Assembly (NCBI GenBank): GCA_033764315.1
Contig: JANRJA010000173.1
Span: forward strand, 1-14,926
Direction: 5' to 3'
Origin: Oculatellaceae cyanobacterium bins.114
GTDB lineage: Bacteria > Cyanobacteriota > Cyanobacteriia > Elainellales > Elainellaceae
Length of the DNA stretch: 14,926 bases
The notes under the pieces were generated by a model, which saw only the letters and a program-made list of their open reading frames with translations, did not search any database and had not been told where the DNA came from. This document shows, in pieces, positions 1-8,241 of this stretch; positions within the stretch are counted from its first letter, which is position 1, and every line of letters starts with the position of its first letter. A program made the position numbers and the translations under genes.

Positions 1-75
1 CTTCACACTCTCTGGGGTTTTGTCCCAGTCCGTTTGGCTGATCTCACTGATGGAGTTGGGCGAGTTCTCTTCCAT
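1..75 (-). CDS. IS66-family transposase, N-terminal fragment (partial)
   Basis: Manual translation from ATG at 75 gives MEENSPNSISEISQTDWDKTPESVK, open to the edge. The 'DWxxTPxSV' motif resembles the N-terminus of cyanobacterial single-ORF IS66 transposases. Confidence 0.7.
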   Translation of the reverse strand, partial: MEENSPNSISEISQTDWDKTPESVK

Positions 76-139
76 CCTGTTAGCCTAACAGCACCTTGCC
101 ATTTTCTCAATTCCTTGCTTCAACCCCTTGAACGATTAC
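1..139 (-). mobile_element. Left end of an IS66-family insertion sequence (runs off the window edge)
   Basis: The minus strand from 139 reads GTAATCGTTCAAGGGG, matching the GTAA-x-CG-TTCA type terminus of IS66 elements. A transposase-like ORF starts 64 bp inside it. Confidence 0.75.
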
Positions 140-475
140 CTGCTCAATGGCTTCATCCACTTGAGCAACCGAGAGATCTAGAAAATCAGTAATGGCGAGA
201 GATGAATACTGAGGAAATCGGGTGACAAAGCGATCGCGGACTGTTTGAGCATTAACCCATTTAACACTTACATACAGTCCTGAACTGCCCAATAACACTG
301 GCACGGTCAGCCACATCAAAAAGCCGATCGCAGGTCGGTTTGAGTTGAGAAACCGGGGTGCAACGGCAATTAGACACAACGACAACACGATTTCAACAAA
401 ACCAATGGCGATCCATCGATGGATCAGGTTGGCTTTCAAGGGAGTCTCCTGTGAATAACACCTATATCTAGTCAT
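107..475 (-). CDS. Hypothetical membrane protein (2 TM), probably C-terminally truncated by the IS66 insertion
   Basis: 122-aa ORF with two hydrophobic segments. The last 10 residues (VIVQGVEARN) and the stop codon are encoded within the putative IS end (139 downwards). Confidence 0.65.
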   Translation of the reverse strand: MTRYRCYSQETPLKANLIHRWIAIGFVEIVLSLCLIAVAPRFLNSNRPAIGFLMWLTVPVLLGSSGLYVSVKWVNAQTVRDRFVTRFPQYSSLAITDFLDLSVAQVDEAIEQVIVQGVEARN

Positions 476-697
476 TCACTCAGGATTCCCTAGTTATCGG
501 AAATGTTATTCGTCAATTGCCATCGGCAAGTTAAAAACCAGGCATTGAGGGAGAATCCCTCCAAACCCCCTAGCAGATCGTCTCCTAGATAAGCAGCAGA
601 GGTTAGCTTCGCACCTGTTCCAAGTTCCAGTGTGTAGGTCTTCTCCTTGCTTTTAGTCGGGAAGATGAGGGCAAATTAGTGACACATGACGTTATCT

Positions 698-778
698 GGT
701 AGTCCTAAACAAGTCAGGATATGCCGTGCTCCGCGCAGCATATCCTGACTCAAAAATCATTACTTTTAGAGGACTACC
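698..778. mobile_element. 81-bp MITE-like element with terminal inverted repeats, an internal hairpin and an 8-bp target-site duplication
   Basis: Terminal repeats GGTAGTCCT (698-706) / AGGACTACC (770-778). Flanking direct repeats CGTTATCT at 690-697 and 779-786. Perfect 13-bp stem AGTCAGGATATGC (712-724) / GCATATCCTGACT (738-750). Confidence 0.8.
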
Positions 779-786
779 CGTTATCT

Positions 787-1839
787 TTATAAGTTCTCAA
801 TGATGCCGCCACCCAACAGCACATCTCCGTCATACCAAACTGCCGCTTGACCGGGAGTGACACTCAATTGGGGGGCATCAAACACTACTTTGACACGCTC
901 GCCTTCTAGGGGAATGATGGTCGCACCGACAGCCGTTGAGCGATAGCGAATTTGCACCTCTGCCTGGATCGGCGTAGTAGGAGCCGCGATCGCCACCCAG
1001 TTGACCCGTTGCACCGTGCAGTCAGCGTGTTGGGCTTCTGTGCGATCGCCCACAATCACCTGATTTCTCCCGGCGTCAATGCCAATCACATAGAGCGGTT
1101 GAGCCGCAGCAATGCCAATGCCCTTGCGTTGCCCAATCGTGTAATGATGAATGCCATCGTGTTGCCCCAACACACGCCCCGTCTGATCAACAATATCGCC
1201 GGGTTGAGGAGCTAGGTATTTGTCGAGAAACGACTTCATAGAGCCGTGCGCTTCAATTAAGCACAAATCCTGACTTTCAGGTTTTTCAGCGGTATGCAAC
1301 CCAAACTCTGCCGCCATTTGGCGCGTCTCAGTTTTGGTTTGGTTGCCCAAGGGAAAAACCGTATGGGCCAACACCTCTTGATCTAAGTCATAGAGAAAAT
1401 AGGACTGATCTTTGCTCAGATCAATCGCTCGGCGCAGTTGATAGCGTCCGGTGAGCGGGTCGAGGGTGATGCGGGCATAATGTCCGGTGGCAATGTGATC
1501 GATCCCCAATTCCTCTTGGGCGTAGCGCAACATCGGACCAAACTTGACTGCTTTGTTGCATTGTGAGCAAGGCAAAGGAGTGATGCCAGCCCCATAGCCA
1601 TTCACCAAATAATCCACAATATATTTTTCAAACAGATCGCGACTATCCACGATGTGGTGGGGAATCTCTAACTCTTCACACAGACGAGCCGCATCCACCA
1701 TGCCCTCTGAGCAGCACTGTCCCTTGCCTTTCATCAACCACAGGGTTAACCCGACGACTTCATAGCCTTGACGATGTAGGGTTGCGGCTGCCACCGAGCT
1801 ATCTACACCGCCTGATAGCCCGACTACGACTTTGTTCAT
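787..1839 (-). CDS. mnmA: tRNA 2-thiouridine(34) synthase MnmA
   Basis: SGGVDS PP-loop, [34 protein letters not shown] and TPGQAAVWY motifs; 350 aa. Confidence 0.98.
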   Translation of the reverse strand: MNKVVVGLSGGVDSSVAAATLHRQGYEVVGLTLWLMKGKGQCCSEGMVDAARLCEELEIPHHIVDSRDLFEKYIVDYLVNGYGAGITPLPCSQCNKAVKFGPMLRYAQEELGIDHIATGHYARITLDPLTGRYQLRRAIDLSKDQSYFLYDLDQEVLAHTVFPLGNQTKTETRQMAAEFGLHTAEKPESQDLCLIEAHGSMKSFLDKYLAPQPGDIVDQTGRVLGQHDGIHHYTIGQRKGIGIAAAQPLYVIGIDAGRNQVIVGDRTEAQHADCTVQRVNWVAIAAPTTPIQAEVQIRYRSTAVGATIIPLEGERVKVVFDAPQLSVTPGQAAVWYDGDVLLGGGIIENL

Positions 1840-2001
1840 GCTGCCAATACGTGAGAGAAATAATGTAGACGTTATTCTTAGGCTAACATTCGCAGAAAAA
1901 TATCAACAAAATCAAGCAAAAACGTGCTGCATTTTTTCCCGGCAAGAGTACCATAGACTCTATTGGTAGTGCTAATAGTGCCAGAGAGGGACTAAAGACC
2001 G

Positions 2002-3003
2002 ATGATCGACCACTACATCCAACCGCTGATCAGAAACCGAGCTAAGTCGGCTGACTGGCTTGATGGGTTCAACACCTGCAAGGCGATTACTGGCAAGGAG
2101 AGACTGCGTCGCGTCGCCAGGTTCTCTCTACTGATGTTGGCTGTGGCGATTTGGGTCGGAAACACGTCCCCTGTGCAGGCAGAGTTTCAGCCTGACGAGC
2201 AACTGTTAGCGCAACAAATTGTTGATGGGTTGCCGCCTCCCCCTGGTGGTACTTATGGTGCACCTGCCTTACCTCCAGCTCAATTTCAGCCAAATCCCTA
2301 TTCGACCGGTTCTCCACTGATTGTGCCTGCTCCGTCATCGACGTTGCCTGTGCTGCCTTCTACGGCGGCTCCGGTGACTCCTGCGGCGATCGCTCCCAGT
2401 GCGGCTACACAACGTTATCTGGTGCTGGTGAATGGTGACAGTCCTCTGTTGTTAGAGCAAGTGCGAAAGGTTGAATCGAGTGCGTTTCTACAGACCTTTG
2501 AGGGGCGACGGGTCATTCAGGCGGGGGCATTTGTTGAACCCACCAGTGCTGAACGCCAGGTTCAAACGCTAGCCTCGCAGGGTATTGGGGCTGAAGTCAT
2601 TACCGTTGCGGCTACTGCTCCAGCCACGTTGACCAGTGCGGCTCCTCGTGAAGTGGCTCCTCCGCCAGAGCTAACCCCTGTGAGAACGACCCCTGCCCGT
2701 GAAGTGGTATTTGGACAACAGCCTGATTTTGACGGCTCAACAACTGCTGACTCCCGATTGGCAGTTGCTAACTCGTCTTACTTTGTGGTGATTCCTGCTA
2801 GCCCAGATGATTTGCCTGAGATTAACGATCAGGTGGTGCGGTTAGGAGAAGGCTTTGCGATCGCCCAGGTTGTTGAGGAACGCCGCTCTCCGTTGGGCCC
2901 CCATGTCCTGGTTGGTCCATTTGTCAATCGGGGTGCAGCGGAGCGTTGGAATGATTACCTGCGAGCATTTGGTATGGATGCCAGGGTCTATTACAGGCGA
3001 TAG
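2002..3003 (+). CDS. Hypothetical exported/membrane-anchored protein with two SPOR-like domains and Pro/Ala-rich linkers
   Basis: Hydrophobic segment ending in VQA, then Pro-rich tracts and two related units (VIQAGAF..SAERQVQTLASQGIGAEV; VLVGPF..AAERWNDYLRAFGMDARV) with SPOR-like pattern. Confidence 0.7.
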   Translation: MIDHYIQPLIRNRAKSADWLDGFNTCKAITGKERLRRVARFSLLMLAVAIWVGNTSPVQAEFQPDEQLLAQQIVDGLPPPPGGTYGAPALPPAQFQPNPYSTGSPLIVPAPSSTLPVLPSTAAPVTPAAIAPSAATQRYLVLVNGDSPLLLEQVRKVESSAFLQTFEGRRVIQAGAFVEPTSAERQVQTLASQGIGAEVITVAATAPATLTSAAPREVAPPPELTPVRTTPAREVVFGQQPDFDGSTTADSRLAVANSSYFVVIPASPDDLPEINDQVVRLGEGFAIAQVVEERRSPLGPHVLVGPFVNRGAAERWNDYLRAFGMDARVYYRR

Positions 3004-3072
3004 CTTCACAACAATGTCTTAAAATTCAACTGGTGCTCCTCAATCGGTCGATTCAAGCGATCGCTATTTGTC

Positions 3073-3543
3073 ATGGAACGATTCCGGAACCTATCTCGGC
3101 GACTTGCTGCTGTGCTTAGCGACGAAATTTTTGTCAACCAACTAAAAAAGGTAGAATCACTGGTTGCCAAGGTCTTATCGATCGCGATGGTGATCGTGCT
3201 GCTTGTTTCAGTTGTGGATCTGTGTATTTATTTAGCCAATGAAATCCTTTCAGAACCCTATGGATTTTTTGCAACCACCTTAATTGAAATATTTGGGTTA
3301 TTTCTCAATGTCTTAGTTGCCCTGGAAATTCTAGAAAATATTACCGCTTATCTCAAAAAACACGAGATTCAAGTCGAGTTGGTCATCGCGACCTCTTTGA
3401 CAGCTGTGGCTCGAAAGATCATTATTTTTGACTTTGCAAAAGCGGACGCGTTAGAGCTAGCCGCACTGTCTCTAGCCGTAGTGGCGTTATCAATTGGCTA
3501 TTGGGTGATTCGACGAACCAACCGACGGTTGCGGCAACCGTAA
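3073..3543 (+). CDS. Phosphate-starvation-inducible PsiE family membrane protein
   Basis: Four hydrophobic helices with family motifs LNVLVALEILENITAYL and TAVARKIII. Confidence 0.88.
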   Translation: MERFRNLSRRLAAVLSDEIFVNQLKKVESLVAKVLSIAMVIVLLVSVVDLCIYLANEILSEPYGFFATTLIEIFGLFLNVLVALEILENITAYLKKHEIQVELVIATSLTAVARKIIIFDFAKADALELAALSLAVVALSIGYWVIRRTNRRLRQP

Positions 3544-4908
3544 AATAGGTGGATCAGCGGCTTCAACGTTAAAAGGCAACGTAAAGGTGAAGGTGCTACC
3601 TTGATGATTGATCGACTCAACCCAAATCTTGCCTCCATGAGCCTCGATCGCCATCCGACAAAACGCCAAACCCAATCCTGTTCCCTTGCGTAAAGATGCC
3701 CCAACAGCATCTGTTACCTGGACAAACTTATCAAAAATGCGATCGCAATATTCAGCCGGAATTCCCTGCCCATCATCTCGCACATAAACCTGCAAACTCT
3801 CTGCATCAGTTTGAGTGCCAATCTCAACCAAACCCCCTGGCTCAGTGTATTTGAGCGCATTGCTCACTAAATTGTCGATCACTCGACTAATCAAATTAGT
3901 ATCTGCTATCACGTCTGGCAAGGAATCTGGCACTTGTAACACCAAATGCTTATTCTGCATTTCAGCTTGCGCTCGATAACTCTCAACTTGAGCCATCAAC
4001 AGTATCGTCATATCAACCGATTGAAGCACAGGTTTGAGCTTACCCACTTCAAATTTACTAAGGTGCAGCAAGTCTTCAATCATGCCATTCATGCAATAAC
4101 TGGCAGTTCGGGCAATCTCAACCCAACGGTGTTGCTCAACAGCATTTGCCTGCACCACATCCACCATTTCTAAGCCAACGATGATAGACGATAACGGGTT
4201 ACGCAGATCATGCACAATCATATGCGTTAACTCATCTCGCAACCCTTCTACTTGCCGTAACTCAGCATAGGCTTCTTGTAACTCGGAGTACAGCCGATGC
4301 ACCTCCTCAAAGCGTCTAGCATTGTGAATGGCAGTCGCCAGTTGCAGTGCTAGCAAATAGGCGATACGCAGGTCTTCTTGGCTATAGCCTTGAGGTTTTA
4401 GTAAGGCAAAGTTAATGGTGCCTAATACTTCCCCTTCGCTTTCTAACGGAATAATTAATTGCGATCGCCAGGGTGCATGTAGTGGACAAAGACCTGTACT
4501 TGAGCCATCACCCGCAACGACACATCCACAAGACGGTTGAGCCTCATTATTCAACAGTTGAGGTTGTCGAGAGCGCAGTGCCCGTTCTACAGAGTTTGAA
4601 TGAGCCAGAGCTAGCGATCGCTCAGAATCCCCAAATAGACCGATCATCTGGCGTGAACCGTCAGGTTGCACCAAGCACATGCTGCAATGGTCAAAATCAA
4701 GCAACCACTTTGCTTGTTGACCCACGACCTGCAAGATTTGGTCAAGATTGAGCGAACGATTAATCTCTATTGAGATTTCTTGAACCGCCGCAATGCGAGT
4801 TGAAAGAGATTGCAATTCTGCTAAGAAACGTCGAGTCGCCCGCAACAGCCCAAACCGATTTTGAGTTTCTAATTGAAAGTAAGTAGGCTTAGAGTTGGAG
4901 TTGCTCAC
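3490..4908 (-). CDS. Soluble GAF-domain sensor histidine kinase
   Basis: GAF features (LNLDQIL, LIIPLESEGEVLGTINF, YSQEDL), H-box HDLRNPL, N-box NLVSNALKY, G1 DDGQGIP, F-box IFDKF, G2 GTGLGL. GTG start; no TM segment. Confidence 0.95.
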   Translation of the reverse strand: MSNSNSKPTYFQLETQNRFGLLRATRRFLAELQSLSTRIAAVQEISIEINRSLNLDQILQVVGQQAKWLLDFDHCSMCLVQPDGSRQMIGLFGDSERSLALAHSNSVERALRSRQPQLLNNEAQPSCGCVVAGDGSSTGLCPLHAPWRSQLIIPLESEGEVLGTINFALLKPQGYSQEDLRIAYLLALQLATAIHNARRFEEVHRLYSELQEAYAELRQVEGLRDELTHMIVHDLRNPLSSIIVGLEMVDVVQANAVEQHRWVEIARTASYCMNGMIEDLLHLSKFEVGKLKPVLQSVDMTILLMAQVESYRAQAEMQNKHLVLQVPDSLPDVIADTNLISRVIDNLVSNALKYTEPGGLVEIGTQTDAESLQVYVRDDGQGIPAEYCDRIFDKFVQVTDAVGASLRKGTGLGLAFCRMAIEAHGGKIWVESINHQGSTFTFTLPFNVEAADPPILRLPQPSVGSSNHPIAN

Positions 4909-4931
4909 AACATTATTTTGGGAGAAGAGAG

Positions 4932-5474
4932 TTATAAAGAATCAATATCTAACGCGATCGCATCGGTATATTGGTTGACGGCTGTAAATAAATTAGCAGT
5001 TGCAATAATCTCAAATATTTCTGCCTCATCTAATCCTAAATTACGCAATTTTTGATAGTCAGTTACTGTTAGTAATTGCGGTTGAGTTGCTGCCTTCAAC
5101 CCAAATTGAATAATTACTTTTTGACGTTCTGGCAAAGGACATTGTTGAAAGTCATCTACCAAGAGTTGTAAGACAGTTTCACTGATTCCTAAAGCTGACA
5201 ATCCATGTAAATGAACCTTCAAAGCGTAGTTACTCTGATTGGCTTGTGAGATTACAACTCCAATCATTTCTTTGAGGGTGCGGGGCAATCGTCCCTGTAG
5301 AACAGTGGCACGAAAAGTTTCCCAATTCCCTTTAAGAAAACCAGGATTACTAGCCATTGACTTAAACAAATTAGGGACAATTCCAAACCCTAGCTCTGAT
5401 TTGATTTCATCATAGACAGCACTCACAATTGGGTCAGCAGTCGAGGGTTGTTCAATGAGTGAAATGTGAGCCAT
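4932..5474 (-). CDS. AhpD/carboxymuconolactone decarboxylase-like (peroxidase-related) family protein lacking the CxxC motif
   Basis: Family pattern VYDEI..GIVPNLFKSMASNP, LPRTLKEMIGVVISQAN, LRNLGLDEAEIFEII..N. The usual N-x-C-x-Y-C-x-x-x-H reads N-Q-S-N-Y-A-L-K-V-H. Confidence 0.85.
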   Translation of the reverse strand: MAHISLIEQPSTADPIVSAVYDEIKSELGFGIVPNLFKSMASNPGFLKGNWETFRATVLQGRLPRTLKEMIGVVISQANQSNYALKVHLHGLSALGISETVLQLLVDDFQQCPLPERQKVIIQFGLKAATQPQLLTVTDYQKLRNLGLDEAEIFEIIATANLFTAVNQYTDAIALDIDSL

Positions 5475-5603
5475 GTTAAACAGGGTTAATAAAGTTTTCT
5501 AAATTGCAACCATAGTTTAACGTATGAACTCAAGTTGTCCCTGGATTTTATTTAAGCTTTAAGCTTTTGAGTCAATGGCTTTATCAAAGTAGCAAACTAA
5601 TGC

Positions 5604-5768
5604 AACGTGCATTCGGGATAAGGATTTTGGCGGTTGAAACCGCAACTACAGGAGCAAAACCGACCTGAGTCGGTTCACTCAATCCTTGATTCTCCGTAGT
5701 TCGCGAAGGCGAACTTCGCTCTGATAGCTGCGAATTTATTCGCTAGGCTCTTAAACCGAACTGACGTT
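5604..5768. repeat. Multi-hairpin (REP-like) cyanobacterial intergenic repeat bounded by imperfect terminal inverted repeats
   Basis: Ends AACGTGCATTCGGGATAAG / CTTAAACCGAACTGACGTT (14 of 19 match). Four hairpins at 5630-5643, 5658-5675, 5698-5715 and 5730-5743. Flanks are TAATGC / TAATGT. Confidence 0.75.
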
Positions 5769-5813
5769 TAATGTAGAAGTTGAAGCCAGCCTTTGGCGAT
5801 AATGGCTCTAAAC

Positions 5814-5843
5814 ACAGTTTTGATAATTACAGTTTTGATAATT
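5814..5843. repeat. Perfect 15-bp tandem duplication
   Basis: ACAGTTTTGATAATT twice (5814-5828, 5829-5843). Confidence 0.9.
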
Positions 5844-5962
5844 AATGATGGTACTGCGGTTCTATCCCTGTCTGTCGTCTTCCTATGGGGATAATTATGA
5901 GAACTTCCTTTGTATGCTTTGGGTACGTGAAGGTTTATGAACAGGTAGGTCTGGCAGCAACA

Positions 5963-6334
5963 TCAGATATTTGAGTGTCTTGTGCGAAGAATCTCAACAG
6001 ACACTTGACCTATAAAATCTGGAATGGCTGGGGCAACTTTAGTCAGTCGAACTTGTACCTGTTCCACCTCAGCATCTGCTAAAAAGATCTCAGCGATCGC
6101 CTCGACTAACCGTTCAATTAACAGAAACTTTGAGGTTCTGATTAGCTCTTGAGTGGCCTTGACCCCCTTGCGGTAATCGTAAGTGTCTTCAATGCGATCG
6201 CTGCGTCCAGCTTTAGATAAGTCTGTCCACAAGGTCAGGTTGACTTCAAACCATTGTCCAAGAGTGCGTTCTTCTGAAAAATAACCCGTGTAACCGTAAG
6301 CCCGAATTCCAGTGAGTTGGATGGTGTCCGTCAT
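5963..6334 (-). CDS. folB: Dihydroneopterin aldolase
   Basis: YGYTG..EERTLGQWFEV, DRIEDTYDY, FLLIERL and VRLTK motifs. Start is ATG 6334 or GTG 6343, the latter overlapping the upstream stop codon. Confidence 0.95.
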   Translation of the reverse strand: MTDTIQLTGIRAYGYTGYFSEERTLGQWFEVNLTLWTDLSKAGRSDRIEDTYDYRKGVKATQELIRTSKFLLIERLVEAIAEIFLADAEVEQVQVRLTKVAPAIPDFIGQVSVEILRTRHSNI

Positions 6335-6339
6335 TCCTT

Positions 6340-6783
6340 TCACACTGACCCCTCTAACACTTGCAATAAATCATCCACCGATCGCCCCAAGATGCGCGAG
6401 AGCGGGCCCAGATCTTCGCTGTCGATCTCTTCGCCATCATAAATGGCTTGCAACTTCTCTTTGGGCAAGCGATAGGAGTCACAAAAGCGGAAGAATTCTT
6501 TGTCGTTTACATCTAACTCATCCTGGCGATCGCGCAGCAGTAGGGCGATCGCAGCTACACCTGATGTTGGATAAGCGGTTTTTGTCAAATATTGCTCCAT
6601 CAGCAGATCCAGTTGTGCAGTGCCTCCACCCGATCGCCCCACCAGGTCGTAACACGCCAAACGCAACGCTCTATAAAGTTTTTCGTTATCGTTCAAGGCA
6701 TCCACAATCCGCACTGCAAAATCAGGTTTACAAAAGCCAACGACTTCATCTTCATAACTGATAGGCACATACGTCTCAGCCAT
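6340..6783 (-). CDS. Hypothetical protein, possible C-terminal XRE/Cro-like HTH
   Basis: Likely start at ATG 6783 (MAETYVP..., 147 aa); the longer track ORF from 6924 overlaps proA. C-terminus LQAIYDGEEIDSEDLGPLSRILGRSVDDL has an XRE-like pattern. Confidence 0.75.
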   Translation of the reverse strand: MAETYVPISYEDEVVGFCKPDFAVRIVDALNDNEKLYRALRLACYDLVGRSGGGTAQLDLLMEQYLTKTAYPTSGVAAIALLLRDRQDELDVNDKEFFRFCDSYRLPKEKLQAIYDGEEIDSEDLGPLSRILGRSVDDLLQVLEGSV

Positions 6784-6853
6784 TGTAAATTGCCAAGCAG
6801 ATGGTTCACCGGGTAGCACCATGACAGTCTCCTTGTTCAAACAGGGTAATGCG

Positions 6854-8179
6854 TTACAAGTCTCGATGAGTAAAGGGTTTGGCAGTGGCTCCGGTGTAAG
6901 TCGATGCAACCTGTCCATCCCCAATTAATTGATATTTGTAAGTCACTAATCCTTCGAGTCCAACGGGACCCCGTGGCGGCATTTTTTGAGTGCTAATGCC
7001 CACCTCTGCGCCAAAGCCATATCGAAAACCATCAGCAAAGCGAGTAGAACAGTTATGAAAGACACCTGCGGCATCGACTTGATTAATAAATGTCGTGGCG
7101 TTGTCTGGGTTTTCGGTGACGATCGCCTCGGTGTGACGAGAGCCGTAGGTATTAATGTGAGCGATCGCATCTGCTAGCGAATCTACCACTTTGATTGAAA
7201 GGATCAAGTCTGAATATTCAGTGCTCCAATCAGACTCAGTCGCAGGTTGGATGGGCACACTAGATTGCGCCTGAGTCAATAAATGACAAGTCGCTTCATC
7301 TCCGCGCAGTTGCACTTCGTGTTGATGCAGTGCGGTGGTCAGGGTGGGCAAATAGTCAGGCGCGATCGCCCGGTGAATGAGCAAGGTTTCAATCGAGTTA
7401 CAGGCCGACGGATAGTGGGTTTTGGCATCCACTGCGATCGCCACTGCTTTTGACCGATCTGCGGTTTCATCTATATAAAGGTGACAGATGCCATCAGCAT
7501 GACCCAAGACTGGAATGCGAGTATTTTCCTGCACAAATCGCACAAAGGAATTGGAGCCACGCGGAATGATCAGATCCACAAACGGATCGAGTTGCAACAA
7601 AGCCATCGTTTCTTCGCGGGTGGTCAACAATTGCACCACAGCAGGGTCTATTCCCACAGTCTCTAACCCCCGGTGAATTGCCTGCACAATTGCCTGACAC
7701 GATCGCACCGCTTCTCGTCCACCTTTGAGGATCACACCATTGCCCGACTTAATTGCCAGAGATGCGATTTGCATCACCGCATCAGGACGTGCCTCAAAGA
7801 TGACTCCTAGGACTCCCAAAGGGCAACTGACCCGCTTTAGCACCAACCCTGTGTCTAACTCCCGGTGAATTTGCACCGTGCCAATTGGGTCAGGCAACCG
7901 AGCCACATCAAGCACTCCAGCGATCGCTCCTTGCAACTTCACCGCGTCCAGTTTTAACCGCCCATAGAGAGCTTTCGCCAGACCCTCAGCCAATGCGGTT
8001 TCACAATCAGCTTGATTCGCTGACACAATTTCATGGGCAGCGGCTTCTAAAGCATGGGCAATCGACTCAATGGCCTCATTGCGTTTAGGGGTAGGCAATA
8101 CTGCCAGGGCTCGAGCCGCCTCACGCGTTTGTTGAGCCAGTTGAGTCAACGATGGAGATGTAATTTGGGACGTTGTCAT
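6854..8179 (-). CDS. proA: Glutamate-5-semialdehyde dehydrogenase (gamma-glutamyl phosphate reductase)
   Basis: [60 protein letters not shown] and RGPVGLEGL motifs. Likely start at ATG 8179 (MTTSQ), which avoids overlap with mazG. Confidence 0.98.
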   Translation of the reverse strand: MTTSQITSPSLTQLAQQTREAARALAVLPTPKRNEAIESIAHALEAAAHEIVSANQADCETALAEGLAKALYGRLKLDAVKLQGAIAGVLDVARLPDPIGTVQIHRELDTGLVLKRVSCPLGVLGVIFEARPDAVMQIASLAIKSGNGVILKGGREAVRSCQAIVQAIHRGLETVGIDPAVVQLLTTREETMALLQLDPFVDLIIPRGSNSFVRFVQENTRIPVLGHADGICHLYIDETADRSKAVAIAVDAKTHYPSACNSIETLLIHRAIAPDYLPTLTTALHQHEVQLRGDEATCHLLTQAQSSVPIQPATESDWSTEYSDLILSIKVVDSLADAIAHINTYGSRHTEAIVTENPDNATTFINQVDAAGVFHNCSTRFADGFRYGFGAEVGISTQKMPPRGPVGLEGLVTYKYQLIGDGQVASTYTGATAKPFTHRDL

Positions 8180-8241
8180 AGGTTTGATGGCATTGCAATG
8201 CAGCGAAGCATAGCTGAGACGCCGCTGATAAGAAATCAATT

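Noticed and set aside
4905-4913. Mini-ORF ATG-TTG-TGA overlapping the kinase GTG start
   Set aside because: It is too short to distinguish from chance and has no supporting ribosome-binding site.
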